Numbered from the stretch's first letter, positions 48,374-58,900 are shown. The stretch is DNA of 64,000 nucleotides from a bacterium (GCA_965200485.1 CBDAUD010000002.1:137939-201938); one strand, 5' to 3'. Numbers and translations are program-made. The notes: generated by a model not told the origin, from the letters alone.

Positions 48374-49495
48374 ATGAAGATCACCGAAATAAAGACGGCC
48401 GAAGTGACCGTGGAATCCGGGTACACGTACCACTACGTCCGCGTCTTCACGGACGAAGGCGTGTACGGCACCGGGGAGGCCAGCCATATCGATCGCGGCT
48501 GGCGGGAGTCGACCCGGCACATGGCGGATATGCTCATCGGCAGGGATCCGCGGGACGTGGACGCCTGTTTCGAGCTGGTCCGCCGCCGGTACATTTTCAT
48601 GGGCGGGGCGGGCGGCGCGGCCATATCGGCGCTCACCGGGATCGAAATCGCGCTATGGGACCTGGCGGGAAAGGCGCAGGGCGTCCCGGTGTATCGGCTT
48701 CTGGGGGGCAAGTTCCGGGACCGGGTCCGGTTGTACGTGGACAGCGCGCACTACGACTACAACGAGCGCGCCGCCGAGGTGAATGAACGGGGCTTCACGG
48801 CGATCAAATTCGATCTGGACGACGCGCAGAACCCCCACAAGCTGGATCCGTGGAACTGGTCGGTTACGCCCGATGAATTGAAGTCGCTCGTGGACCAGGC
48901 CGTCGCGATTCGCGCGGGGATCGGTCCGTCCCTGGATCTCGCCATAGATCTGCACGGACGATACGATGCGACCGCCGGCATGAAGATCGCCCGGGAGCTT
49001 GAACCGCTGAACCTCCTGTGGCTCGAGGAGCCGGTACCGCCGGAGAACATCGATGCCCTGGCGAAGATCACGCAGGCGACGGGCACGCCGATCTGCGTGG
49101 GGGAGAACCTCTATCTGCGCTACGGGTTCAAGGAACTGCTGCAGAAGCAGGCGGCCGACATCATCATGCCCGATATCTCGAAATGCGGCGGTCTGTCGGA
49201 ATGCCGCAAGATCGCCAACATGGCCGAGATGTACTACGTGCCCTTCGCGCCGCACAACAACTCCAGTGCGCTGAGCACGGTCGGGGACGCCCATGTTTGC
49301 GCGAGCGTGCCGAATTTCCTGGCCCTGGAATTCCACCGTTTCGACGATCCTACCTGGGACGATGTGCTCGCCACGGACGCTTCAGTCATACAGGAAGGGC
49401 ACGTGGTGTTGACGGAATCCCCGGGACTGGGCGTGGAGTTGAACGAGGATTTTCTTGCCGCGCAGCTGACAGACGGCGAACCGTTGTGGCGGTGA
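48374..49495 (+). CDS. Enolase-superfamily dehydratase (D-galactonate dehydratase / MR-like)
   Basis: MKITEIKTAEV.. capping domain; ..KFDLD.., ..LWLEEP.., ..GENLY.. metal-ligand strands; ..APHNNSS... Confidence 0.8.
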   Translation: MKITEIKTAEVTVESGYTYHYVRVFTDEGVYGTGEASHIDRGWRESTRHMADMLIGRDPRDVDACFELVRRRYIFMGGAGGAAISALTGIEIALWDLAGKAQGVPVYRLLGGKFRDRVRLYVDSAHYDYNERAAEVNERGFTAIKFDLDDAQNPHKLDPWNWSVTPDELKSLVDQAVAIRAGIGPSLDLAIDLHGRYDATAGMKIARELEPLNLLWLEEPVPPENIDALAKITQATGTPICVGENLYLRYGFKELLQKQAADIIMPDISKCGGLSECRKIANMAEMYYVPFAPHNNSSALSTVGDAHVCASVPNFLALEFHRFDDPTWDDVLATDASVIQEGHVVLTESPGLGVELNEDFLAAQLTDGEPLWR

Positions 49496-49564
49496 CGCGC
49501 ATCGCTTGAACATACGACGGCAAACCGATAGAAAAACCTGGGCTCTCAGAGGTGGAAAGGCATC

Positions 49565-49945
49565 ATGCACTGGTACCTTGAAGTATTCAGGAAGTACGCT
49601 GTTTTCGAAGGCAGGGCAAGGCGGAAGGAGTATTGGACTTTCTTCCTTTTTCATAGCGTGATCTTCATGGTCCTCGCTTTGTTCGACGAAGCCATGGATT
49701 TGAAAGTGGAACTGGATGACGAGCAGTTTCGCTTTCTTTCTACGCTCTATGGTCTCTTCACGATCATACCGGGCCTCGCAGTCCTCGTACGGCGATTGCA
49801 CGACACGGAAAAAAGCGGCCTGTGGTTGCTTATCGGGTTGATCCCGCTCTTCGGCGCAATCACCCTGCTCGTATTCACCGTACGGACCGGGAACCGGGGC
49901 ACGAACCGGTACGGATCGGATCCGAAGGAAACGAAGACCTGGTAA
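49565..49945 (+). CDS. DUF805 (YhaH-like) inner-membrane protein
   Basis: GRARRKEYW...RRLHD..SG hallmark, 3 transmembrane helices, 126 aa. Confidence 0.75.
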   Translation: MHWYLEVFRKYAVFEGRARRKEYWTFFLFHSVIFMVLALFDEAMDLKVELDDEQFRFLSTLYGLFTIIPGLAVLVRRLHDTEKSGLWLLIGLIPLFGAITLLVFTVRTGNRGTNRYGSDPKETKTW

Positions 49946-50020
49946 ACCGACGACCGGTTACCTTCGAAGACCTCGTAAACCGAACGTTTGTGCAGCGAAT
50001 ACGCCACGAAAGGACTGATC

Positions 50021-51019
50021 ATGATCCGAGTGGGTTCTATTGGGCTTGGCGGCATGGGTTCACACCAGGCCAGGGCCTTCGACGGGGTCGATGGCTGTAA
50101 ACTGGTTGCAGGCGCGGACCCTTCGCCGGAGATGCGGGAGCGATTCGCCGGTAATTTCCCGGATGCCCGACTGTTCGACTCCACCGAAGCCATCGTCGAC
50201 AGCGGCGAGGTGGACGCCGTAGTGATCGCGGTGCCCACGGGCCTGCACTACGCCGCGGTATCGACCGCCCTGGCCGCCGGCCTGCCCGTGCTGGTGGAAA
50301 AACCCATGGCCCGGACGGTGGAGGAATGCAGGCGCTTGAACGAGGAGGCCGATCGGAAAAACACCGTCCTCATGGTCGCCCATTGCCGACGCTTCGATCC
50401 GCACTGGAAGTCTTGGGGCGCCTGTGTCGCCTCGGGGAAGCTCGGCGGGCCCATCCTCTGGCGAAGCGCCATGGCCGGTTTCGGACCGGGCAGATGGTTC
50501 ATGGACCACGATTTGGGCGGCGGCCCCCTCATGGACGGCGCCGTGCACAACTACGACTTTGCGAATTTCCTCTTCGGGGATCCGGAAAGCGTGTTGTCCA
50601 GTTCGATCAACATGGATCCGGAATCGACCGCCCTGGACACCTGCTCCGCCATCGTTCGCTATCGAAACGGAAGTCAGCTGCTCATGTCGTGGAGTTGGGC
50701 GGCACGGGGAAATGACATGCAGGACATTGTCGGACCGAAGGGGTTCATCCAGATCGGCGTCGGCGATCTGCCCGAACCGGAAGACGACGTTCCGCATCAG
50801 TACTGCTGTTTCACGGATCGGGAGGGCGCGCAGACGCTGATCAAGGCACGCGCCGAACCGGACATGTATGCCTTGCAGGCGGAGCATTTCCTGTCCTGCG
50901 TGCGCGGGGACGTCACCTGTCTTTCGCCGGGCACCGAAGCGATCAAGGCCGTCGCCGTCGCGGACACCATCCTGCAGGCCGGCCCCGGCGGCGAGGCGCG
51001 CGTGGTGACCTGGACGTGA
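50021..51019 (+). CDS. Gfo/Idh/MocA-family oxidoreductase
   Basis: MIRVGSIGLGGMGSHQA Rossmann motif. EKP motif (LVEKPMA). Confidence 0.8.
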   Translation: MIRVGSIGLGGMGSHQARAFDGVDGCKLVAGADPSPEMRERFAGNFPDARLFDSTEAIVDSGEVDAVVIAVPTGLHYAAVSTALAAGLPVLVEKPMARTVEECRRLNEEADRKNTVLMVAHCRRFDPHWKSWGACVASGKLGGPILWRSAMAGFGPGRWFMDHDLGGGPLMDGAVHNYDFANFLFGDPESVLSSSINMDPESTALDTCSAIVRYRNGSQLLMSWSWAARGNDMQDIVGPKGFIQIGVGDLPEPEDDVPHQYCCFTDREGAQTLIKARAEPDMYALQAEHFLSCVRGDVTCLSPGTEAIKAVAVADTILQAGPGGEARVVTWT

Positions 51020-51176
51020 AAGTTCGGCCTGATACCGGCAACGGTACCGGATGTTCGCGGTTCGACCACAAACAGATCGCAAGCCGATGACAACTTGCGT
51101 TCAAGTCGGCTTCACCCTTTCACAGGCGACTTCACCCTGTTCAAGTCGGTTCCACCCATTCAAAAGGGAAACAATC

Positions 51177-51638
51177 ATGAATCTGATCAAGCGCTGTCTG
51201 CTCGAAAGCTGCGGCAAAACCGATCTCGGTCTGCTCATCATCCGCGTCGTAATCGGCTTCAGCATGGCGGCCTTTCACGGCATGGGCAAGATGTTCTCTC
51301 CCGAACGCTGGGCTGCAATCGGTGGCAATATGGAATTGGTCGGCATCGGCTTTCTTCCGGCCTTCTGGGGTTTCATGGCCGGGTTCGCGGAGTTCTTCTG
51401 CTCGATCCTGCTGATCCTCGGTCTTTTCTTCCGTCCCGCGACATTGCTGCTCGCGCTGACCATGGCCCTCGCCATGCTGCGCCACCTGACCCTGCCCGAG
51501 GGCGATCCCGGGGCGGGTTTCAGCGGCGCGTCCCATGCCATGGAGCTGCTGGCCATTTACGTGGCGCTTTGGTTCTCGGGTCCGGGCAAGTACAGCCTGA
51601 ACAGCCTGATAGCGGGTGGAAAGGAAGTGCGGGCTTAG
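51177..51638 (+). CDS. DoxX-family membrane protein
   Basis: 4 transmembrane helices with ..LLIIRVVIGFSMAAFHGMGK.. AAGGGA ribosome-binding site before the ATG at 51177. Confidence 0.7.
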   Translation: MNLIKRCLLESCGKTDLGLLIIRVVIGFSMAAFHGMGKMFSPERWAAIGGNMELVGIGFLPAFWGFMAGFAEFFCSILLILGLFFRPATLLLALTMALAMLRHLTLPEGDPGAGFSGASHAMELLAIYVALWFSGPGKYSLNSLIAGGKEVRA

Positions 51639-51738
51639 CACAGGCACAACGGGGAAGGGCAGTCCGGCTTCAGGCCAGCAAGGAAGCGCGGGGGCGTTTC
51701 ATCGGGGGAAGGCGGATTCGACAAAGGACGGAAAGCCG

Positions 51739-52876
51739 TCAATACACGGCTACGGTCATGGCCTCGAAGCGGTCCATGTCCCACTCCGCGCCCCAACCCG
51801 GTCCGTCGGGCGGTGCGATGTGGCCGTCCGCGATGGGCGGCTTGTTGACCATTCCCCAGGTGCTGGCCGTGTCTGCGAAGCCGTTCGCGCCCGTCTCGTA
51901 GAAACCCGTATTGTCGATGCAGCATCCGAGATGGGCGTGGACCAGTCCGAAGAGTCCGCCTTCGGCATTCAACTCGATGTTGGTGTCGTACATCTCAGCG
52001 AAGTGCGCCATCTTGAGTACCTGGGTGGTTCCGAAGCGGGCGTTGGCGCGAAGGAGGTCCGTCGCCCCGGAGATTAGTCGCTGGGTTGAGATGCCCAGAT
52101 CATGCATCAGCGTTTCGTTTCCCATGACCGGGATGGTCAATTCCTGGCACAGGATCCGATACTGCTGTTCCTTGTGTTCGTGCATCGGTTCCTCCAGCCA
52201 GACGAAATCCAGTTCCTCCATCACCCGGCCGACTTCGATGGCTTCCTGGAGATTGTAGGAACAGACCGGATCGTTCAGCAACAGGTAGTCGGGACCTACG
52301 ACCCGGCGGACTTCCCGGAAAATGGGGATGTCCGCCCTTCCCCCCTTGTAGGTGTGGAATTTGTAGGCGTTGATCCCGTACGCCCTGCCCTCTTCGATCA
52401 TCCGCAGGTAGGTTTCCATATCGGCGTCGCCCCCGGTCAGATACACCGGAAACCGATCCCGCACCCGGCCGATCAGGTCGTAGACCGGCAGACCGGCCTT
52501 CTTGCCGGCGATGTCCCACAGACAGTTGTCGAAGTCCCCGAACCAGCCGGGTTTCTGGTATAGCCACCGGGTGCCCTTGTGAAGCAACTGAAAGAGCGCT
52601 TCCCGGTGCAGCGGGTTCCTGCCCAGCGTCTGCGTGCGCAGGATCTCCACCTGCTCGCGGTCCACCGTCGTCGTGCACATGCCGTCGATGCCGGCGTCGG
52701 TCTCCACCCGGAGGAAGTGCTGGCGCAGCGGTTCCCGCTTCGCTTTCGTCTTGCTGCCGTGGGTGTACTGGATGCGCCGCAGGCCGGGGACCTGCTTCAG
52801 TTCCAGATACCACTGCCGCTGATCGGGATCTTCCAGAATGAAAAGCCTGATGTCCGTGATCTTCACGGGGTCTTCC
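51739..52876 (-). CDS. Enolase-superfamily enzyme (MR/MLE family), GTG start
   Basis: VKITDIRLFILED.. capping domain, ..KFHTYKGG.., ..LEEP.., ..GNETL... AAGGAAG ribosome-binding site 5 nt before the GTG at 52874-52876. The upstream part of the track ORF is Pro/Gly-rich junk. Confidence 0.7.
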
Positions 52877-54041
52877 TTGTTGCACGGGATGCCGGGGCCG
52901 CAGACGCGGGCGCCGGAAGTTCGGCGATGAACTGATAATCCGGTTCCCTTTCCTGGCGGTCCAGGATCTGGATGATCTGTTTCCATGTCGCCCACAGGCC
53001 GCTTGTGCAGTGGGGCATCTCATGCCGGATGAGCCGGTGCAGCCTGCCCAGTCTGTAGCAGGGTACTGCCGCGTACATGTGATGCTCCGTATGGTAGTTC
53101 ATGTGCCAGTAGAGGAATTGCAGGACGGGGTTGATATGGAACGTCCTGCAACACAGTCGGAAGTCCGGAATCTCGTCCTGCAAGCCCACGTGCTGCGTCG
53201 CGTTGCACAGGAATTGCAGCCACGCGCCGAACATCATCGGGAAGGTGATCACCAGGGGAACGACCCAGAGGCCGAAGTAGAGGGAACCCCCGGCGATCAA
53301 CACATGGCCGGTGAACATGAACCGCTCCCAGCGGGTATAGGCCCTGCGCCGATCCGGATCGCTTTCGGGGAAGAGTTCCCGGGACCACCGGTTGTCGGGA
53401 ATTTTCCCGGCGAAAGCCGCCAGCCTGCCTTTCACCAGATCGTAGGGATACCGGTAGTTGACGATCGACCACTTCCACATGTTCCGGACGTCGATCTTCC
53501 CGGGGAGAACCACCTCCTGATCGTCCGGATAATGCAGCGTGTACTTGTGGTGTTCGGTGTGGCTTGCCCAGAAGTGATGGTGATTGTGCCATCCCAGGAA
53601 GCTGTACACGCGCAGGAAGAACCGGTTCAGCCAGCGGGTCCGGAAGACGGAATCATGCACGAGCTCGTGAAAACCGTTGACCAGGAAGTGCCAGAAATGC
53701 CCGTTTACGAAAACCAGGACGAGGGTAACGTACCAGGGCCAGTTGAGGGCGGAGTAGATGGCGAAACCGGCCGCGATGGCGAGGACGGCCAGATACCCCA
53801 GCGTCTGTACGAATCCGAGGAAGTCGCTGCGCCGGTTGAGTTTCGCGAGCTGTTCCCGTGACAGACGGCAGCGGTACCACTTCACGCGGGTCTTCGGAGG
53901 CGCCGCGTTGTACTTGGGTCCTTCGGTAAGCACTTCCTCGTCGGCCAGCCTGCCGGGATCCGGGCCGACAATTTCGGCCGGATCGCCTGGTGGGCTGGCC
54001 GCTCTGGCCGTTTTACGCACGAGTCCGCCCTGCCTTTGCAA
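52863..54041 (-). CDS. Membrane fatty-acid desaturase / hydroxylase family protein (second copy in window)
   Basis: His boxes HELVHD, WHNHHHFWASHTEHH and HTEHHMY. Overlaps the downstream enolase gene start by 14 bp. Confidence 0.75.
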   Translation of the reverse strand: MQRQGGLVRKTARAASPPGDPAEIVGPDPGRLADEEVLTEGPKYNAAPPKTRVKWYRCRLSREQLAKLNRRSDFLGFVQTLGYLAVLAIAAGFAIYSALNWPWYVTLVLVFVNGHFWHFLVNGFHELVHDSVFRTRWLNRFFLRVYSFLGWHNHHHFWASHTEHHKYTLHYPDDQEVVLPGKIDVRNMWKWSIVNYRYPYDLVKGRLAAFAGKIPDNRWSRELFPESDPDRRRAYTRWERFMFTGHVLIAGGSLYFGLWVVPLVITFPMMFGAWLQFLCNATQHVGLQDEIPDFRLCCRTFHINPVLQFLYWHMNYHTEHHMYAAVPCYRLGRLHRLIRHEMPHCTSGLWATWKQIIQILDRQEREPDYQFIAELPAPASAAPASRATRKTP

Positions 54042-54093
54042 TGTGATATGTGATCGGGAACGCGCGGAAGATACGGTGGACCGTCTCCGGTCG

Positions 54094-55080
54094 TCAAGCG
54101 CATTCTCGCTTCAGATGCCGGTCGAACCACGCCACCATCCATTCGAAGTATTCCATTTGAAAGTTGTGGTTGCCCTCGGGCTGGTATACGCGGAAACGTT
54201 CTCCGTGCCCCGCGTCCCGGTAGACGGGCGCCACAACCCGGATCAACGCGTCCACGCCCGCCCTGGGCATGTCCTCGTCGGAAACCGGGGCCACCATCAT
54301 GAAGGGCCGCGGCGCGATGCAATTCGCCACGATGTCCGGATGGTCGAAGAAGCGGAGCATGTGGGGCACGTAGAAGTAGGCGCTGTGACGGTACGGATCG
54401 CCTTCCCGCACGACGCTCGCCAGTTGCCCCACCCCGCCGCAGATCGGAGCGCCGGCGGCAAGCCAGGGCGCGCAGGCCATGGCGTACCAGGTCGCATTGC
54501 CGCCCAGCGACATGCCGGTCAGCCCCACGTCGTTGTCCCCGACCCGGTCCTGGGCGCCGAGTACCCGGACGCCCCGGAGGGCTTCTTCCACAAGCAGTCC
54601 CATCTGCGAAATACCGTAGCCCGACAGGTGTTTGAGTTCGATGTACCACGTTTCCTCGTCGGTGCCCCGGCCGTGGCATCCCTTGGGCGAGATGGCCAGG
54701 GTGACGTAGCCCCGCCTTGCCAGTTCCCTGGCCCAGCCGTAAAGGGGTGGATCGTCGCGGCTGTCCTTGTAGAACCTTTCGAGGGCCATGCGCTCGGCCG
54801 ATCCGCCCGTTCCCGGGAGGCAGACCACGCCCGGCAGACATGCGGACGGGTGGTCCAGCGGTTCGATCAGGATACCCGGGACCGTCTCGTCCAGGGAATT
54901 CGCGTACGCGAGCGGCGTGAGCCGGATCCCGTCCTCCACCCGCGACGGGCCTGTGGCGTAATCGACCTGTTCCGGGATCTCCGCCATGCCGAAAAGCTCC
55001 CGCAACTTGCCGCGAATCTCCCCGGGCGGAACCGTACCCGGATAGCGGGGACGCAGCGTGCGGCGGTTGTAGGTAGTCAC
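54094..55080 (-). CDS. Alpha/beta-hydrolase (dienelactone hydrolase / acetylxylan esterase-like)
   Basis: Nucleophile elbow GMSLGG, with downstream Asp and His. Confidence 0.7.
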   Translation of the reverse strand: MTTYNRRTLRPRYPGTVPPGEIRGKLRELFGMAEIPEQVDYATGPSRVEDGIRLTPLAYANSLDETVPGILIEPLDHPSACLPGVVCLPGTGGSAERMALERFYKDSRDDPPLYGWARELARRGYVTLAISPKGCHGRGTDEETWYIELKHLSGYGISQMGLLVEEALRGVRVLGAQDRVGDNDVGLTGMSLGGNATWYAMACAPWLAAGAPICGGVGQLASVVREGDPYRHSAYFYVPHMLRFFDHPDIVANCIAPRPFMMVAPVSDEDMPRAGVDALIRVVAPVYRDAGHGERFRVYQPEGNHNFQMEYFEWMVAWFDRHLKRECA

Positions 55081-55131
55081 GGCGGACGTTCCTTTTCGCT
55101 CCGCATCGGTCTCTCGTGCGGGTCGTTCGAC

Positions 55132-56595
55132 CTACACGGCGTAGGGCGGTACCGGATGCGTGTGCTTTTGCGCCACGTCGTTGCTGAGTTTGCCGGCGCG
55201 CATGAACGCCCGCTCCCGGCCCTGTGCCACCAGCAGGGAGGTCAGCCGTTCCCGGAGCGCGTGGGCCCGGGGGTGATCCCGACGATAGAGATTCCGGCAC
55301 TCGAGCGGATCTTCCTGCAGATCATAGTATTCGAACTGGCCCGTCCGGTAGTGCCAGATGAACTTTTCCGCATGGCCGATCACGTAGTGGCCGTACTCCA
55401 GGTGCTCTGCGTGCAGATGCGACCGGTCAAGCCGCTCTGCTTCGCCCCGAACGAGCGGCATGAGCGACCGGCCGTCCATGCGGTCGGGCGGCGGCAGTCC
55501 GCATACGTCGAGGAGCGTGGGCATGAGGTCGGCCAGACCCACGACCGTTTCGGGATACCGGCGGCCGGCGGGAAATGCCATCTCCGCCGGGAAATTAAGG
55601 ACGAAGGGCACGCGAACCGATCCCTCGTAGCCGAAGGATTTCGCCCAATAGTGATGGTCGCCCATCATGTCGCCATGATCGCCGACGAAAGCGTAGACGA
55701 GATTGCGCAGCCGGAGCATGCGCCACATGTGGTAGGTGAAACGCGTGATCTGGCTGTCCACGTGATCAACGCATCCGTAGTATCCCGCGCGGGCGCGCCG
55801 GACGTCCTTCGGGGAAAGGGGCAGATACTCCGCTTCAGGAAAGGGACCGTGCGCCTTGACGAAGGGCCTTCGTTCGCGGACGTACCCGGCCGGATCTCCG
55901 ATGGCCGGTTCGGGCAGATCGGGATCGTCGGCATACCGTTCGTAGAAGAACGCGGGCGGATCCCAGGGCGGATGCGGTTTGCTGAAGGACACGTACAGGA
56001 AGAACGGGGCGTCGCGACCGTGTTCCCGGACGTGCTCGTCCATGATCCGGATGGCCTGCGTGGCCGTCCATGCGGTCACGTGGAATTCTTCCGGAAAGAC
56101 GCAGGGCCGCGCGGTGTAGCCGTTGTTGGTCAGGCCCGCATTGAAAAGGCCGAAATCGCCCCACCCTTCCGAGGCGAGCCAGTCCAGGTAGTCGTCCCGG
56201 TATCCTTCCGAAAGGAAGCGTCCCTCCTCATGGGTGACGAGTTGGTCGAATCCGTACGGGGCGTCCTGGGGGAAGACATGCCGTTTGCCTACGCAGTACG
56301 TCTTGTAGCCGTTGCGTTGAAAGACCTGGCAGAGCGTGTCCGGTTCCTCCCACCGCGCCAAGTCGTTGAAGCCGACCATGCCGTGCGTTACCGGCCATTG
56401 TCCGCTGAAGAGCGTCCGACGGGCGCCCACGCAGGAAGGGACCTCCGAGATCGCGCGGGGAAAGTAGTGTCCCGTATGGGCGAGCGCGTCGATGCCCGGC
56501 GTGTGGACGACGGGATGGTTCGCTATGCCGAGGGTATCGCCGCGCAGCTGATCGGCGCAGATGAGCACGACGTTGGGCCGGTTGTTCTGCTTCAT
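55132..56595 (-). CDS. Sulfatase (arylsulfatase family, formylglycine-dependent)
   Basis: N-terminal NVVLICADQLRGD metal site and SCVGARRTLFSG (Cys-x-x-x-R FGly motif variant), about 487 aa. Confidence 0.8.
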   Translation of the reverse strand: MKQNNRPNVVLICADQLRGDTLGIANHPVVHTPGIDALAHTGHYFPRAISEVPSCVGARRTLFSGQWPVTHGMVGFNDLARWEEPDTLCQVFQRNGYKTYCVGKRHVFPQDAPYGFDQLVTHEEGRFLSEGYRDDYLDWLASEGWGDFGLFNAGLTNNGYTARPCVFPEEFHVTAWTATQAIRIMDEHVREHGRDAPFFLYVSFSKPHPPWDPPAFFYERYADDPDLPEPAIGDPAGYVRERRPFVKAHGPFPEAEYLPLSPKDVRRARAGYYGCVDHVDSQITRFTYHMWRMLRLRNLVYAFVGDHGDMMGDHHYWAKSFGYEGSVRVPFVLNFPAEMAFPAGRRYPETVVGLADLMPTLLDVCGLPPPDRMDGRSLMPLVRGEAERLDRSHLHAEHLEYGHYVIGHAEKFIWHYRTGQFEYYDLQEDPLECRNLYRRDHPRAHALRERLTSLLVAQGRERAFMRAGKLSNDVAQKHTHPVPPYAV

Positions 56596-56616
56596 CGGCG
56601 GTTTCCACCTCTGTGA

Positions 56617-57447
56617 TTACGACGGTAGGACCCGCTGTCCGAGGACGATGTGGTGAAAGAGCGACTGCGTCCGTTCCGGCAGCGCTTCGAACTGTTCCGG
56701 GGTGAGCGGGACGACGTCGTTGGGGCGAAATCCGCGATTGGCGGCGTCGCGTTCGAAGTCCGACAACCCCGGTACGAGCGGATTCAGGTTGAACCACCAC
56801 GGGGCGTACCGGGCAATGATGGCGATACGGGACTTATCGCTTCGGTTTTCCCCGTTTATGTGCCAGATCCGGCTGTCGAACATCAGCACGCTGCCCGGCT
56901 GGCCCTCCGCCTGGATCTCGGAGGGGTGCGTCCTGCCCGGCGCCAGGCTGATGTCGCCGGTAGGATTGTTGCCCGCCTTGTGACTCCCGGGCACCACCAC
57001 GGTCGCGCCGTTGTCCCCGGTGAAGGAGGTCAGCATCCATATGCTCGTCAAAAGGAGCGGCGCGTCGGGGTAGGGCGCCGGAACGCGGTAGTCGTAGCCC
57101 TGTCCGAAGGGGTAGTCCGCGTGAAGACCCCCGCCCGGCTCTTCGGACCTCGGATAGCCGGGCGCCAGGATGACACCCGTCGTCATCGAGATGCGCACGT
57201 GATGGCCGAACAGGGCTTCGGTGACGCCCATGATGCGTTCATCCGAAAGGTACGGTGCGATGGACGGGTCGTGGGCAATGATCCCCTGGATGGCGTGCCG
57301 GCCGTTCGCCTCGCCGGCGGGGCGGGACCGGGCCGTGGCGACCAGGCTGTTCCGTACCGCGGCCACCTCGTCCGGCGGTATGACGCCGTCAACCACGCAC
57401 CAGCCCTCGATCCGGATTCGCTTCACGAGATCATCGACGGTTGACAT
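56617..57447 (-). CDS. Phytanoyl-CoA dioxygenase (PhyH) family oxygenase
   Basis: ..HADYPFGQ.. / ..GATVVVPGSH.. Fe-ligand pattern, 276 aa. Confidence 0.75.
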   Translation of the reverse strand: MSTVDDLVKRIRIEGWCVVDGVIPPDEVAAVRNSLVATARSRPAGEANGRHAIQGIIAHDPSIAPYLSDERIMGVTEALFGHHVRISMTTGVILAPGYPRSEEPGGGLHADYPFGQGYDYRVPAPYPDAPLLLTSIWMLTSFTGDNGATVVVPGSHKAGNNPTGDISLAPGRTHPSEIQAEGQPGSVLMFDSRIWHINGENRSDKSRIAIIARYAPWWFNLNPLVPGLSDFERDAANRGFRPNDVVPLTPEQFEALPERTQSLFHHIVLGQRVLPS

Positions 57448-57628
57448 GCCCGTTCCTTTCTCTTAGGATGGGGTCACCGGCCAGGTCGTGCACCAAGTCG
57501 CCGAATCCGGTTTGCTATGATGCCGGGTTGCGATGCAAGGCTCATGCCGCAATGCAAGATCGATATTCAAAGCCGGCCGTTTTGTAAAGGCCAATCTCGC
57601 CAATATCCGAACTCCGGCAGGTTTCGAC

Positions 57629-58594
57629 ATGGTATCGTACCGTCCTCTGGGACGCACCGGTTTGAACGTTTCGACGCTGAGCATGGGGTCCGGCGGCTAC
57701 AACCGGCTGGGCCAGACCAGCGATCCCCCGCTGACCGAATCCGAAATGCATCGGCTTGTCCACGGCGCCTTCGACCGCGGCATCAATCTGTTCGATACGT
57801 CGCCGGGCTACATGGATAGCGAGGCGATACTCGGACGGGCCTTTCGAAGTCTTCCGCGGGACCGTTTCTTCGTTTCCACCCGGGTCGCCCTCTCGGAATA
57901 CGACGCGCGCCGAGGTTCCGTCCTGGCGACCCCGGAGGAGATAACGGATTCCATCGAGACCAGCCTGCGCCGGCTGGGGGTGGACACGATTGACGTAGCC
58001 CTGGTCTCCGCCACGGAAAAGGCGGATTTCGGTTACATGGTAGACGAGCTGTTCCCCGTACTCGACGGCCTGCGCCGACAGGGCAAGATTCGTTTTCTCG
58101 GCTCCAGCGAGACGGCGGCGACCGACGGTGCCCACCTCTGGCTGGACGCGGCGCTCCCGACCGGAAAACTGGATGTCGTCATGATCGCATACAGCATGCT
58201 CAACCAGTCGGCCCGGCATACGATCTTTCCGTACTGCGCGGAACGCGACGTGGGGGTCATGAACATCTACTCGGTGCGAAACATCTTCAAGGATCCTGCG
58301 CGGCTGGCCGCCACGATAGCGGATCTGCAACGCCGGGAACTGCTCGACGAGTCCATCGACCCCGCTGCGCCGTATGGTTTCATGCTCGAAGATCCCGACA
58401 TCGCATCGCTGGTAGACGCGGCGTACCGCTTCGTCGTTTACACCGGGGGCGTAACCACGGCCGTATGCAGCGCGGTAACCCTCGACAAGATCGAACAGAA
58501 CATCCAAAGCATCGCCCGGGGGCCGCTCCCGGAAATGCATGTGAAGCGCATCCGGCGGCTTTTCGGTCACCTGAGCGAACCGGTCGGAAACTAG
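57629..58594 (+). CDS. Aldo/keto reductase
   Basis: MVSYRPLGRTGLNVSTLSMGSG..., ..FDTS..Y.., AKR TIM barrel. Confidence 0.8.
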   Translation: MVSYRPLGRTGLNVSTLSMGSGGYNRLGQTSDPPLTESEMHRLVHGAFDRGINLFDTSPGYMDSEAILGRAFRSLPRDRFFVSTRVALSEYDARRGSVLATPEEITDSIETSLRRLGVDTIDVALVSATEKADFGYMVDELFPVLDGLRRQGKIRFLGSSETAATDGAHLWLDAALPTGKLDVVMIAYSMLNQSARHTIFPYCAERDVGVMNIYSVRNIFKDPARLAATIADLQRRELLDESIDPAAPYGFMLEDPDIASLVDAAYRFVVYTGGVTTAVCSAVTLDKIEQNIQSIARGPLPEMHVKRIRRLFGHLSEPVGN

Positions 58595-58606
58595 CCGTAC
58601 AGGCCT

Positions 58607-58900
58607 TCACTTCTTCCCGACGCTTTCGATCTTTTCTTCCATGGTCTGCGCCCGGTCGGTTCGCGTCCCGAGCCGTATGGTCGTGGATATCCGCGGCGCG
58701 CCCATGGCATGTACGGTTTCGTGGCATGATTTCACGGCGGCGAAGACTTCGTCCCATTCGCCTTCGATGTTGGTGCCGTAGGCGTGCATGAACGTCTTGA
58801 GACCGGCCTCGGCCAACACCTTCTGGCAGGCGGCGACGTATTCGGATACCGATACGCCGACCCCGATGGGTACGACACACAGATCAACGATTACTTTCAT
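58607..58900 (-). CDS. MTH1187/YkoF-family small protein (DUF77; thiamine/ligand-binding ferredoxin-like)
   Basis: 97 aa, MKVIVDLCVVPIGVGVSVSEYVAACQKVL.. pattern. Its start overlaps the stop of the upstream SelA-like gene. Confidence 0.6.
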   Translation of the reverse strand: MKVIVDLCVVPIGVGVSVSEYVAACQKVLAEAGLKTFMHAYGTNIEGEWDEVFAAVKSCHETVHAMGAPRISTTIRLGTRTDRAQTMEEKIESVGKK

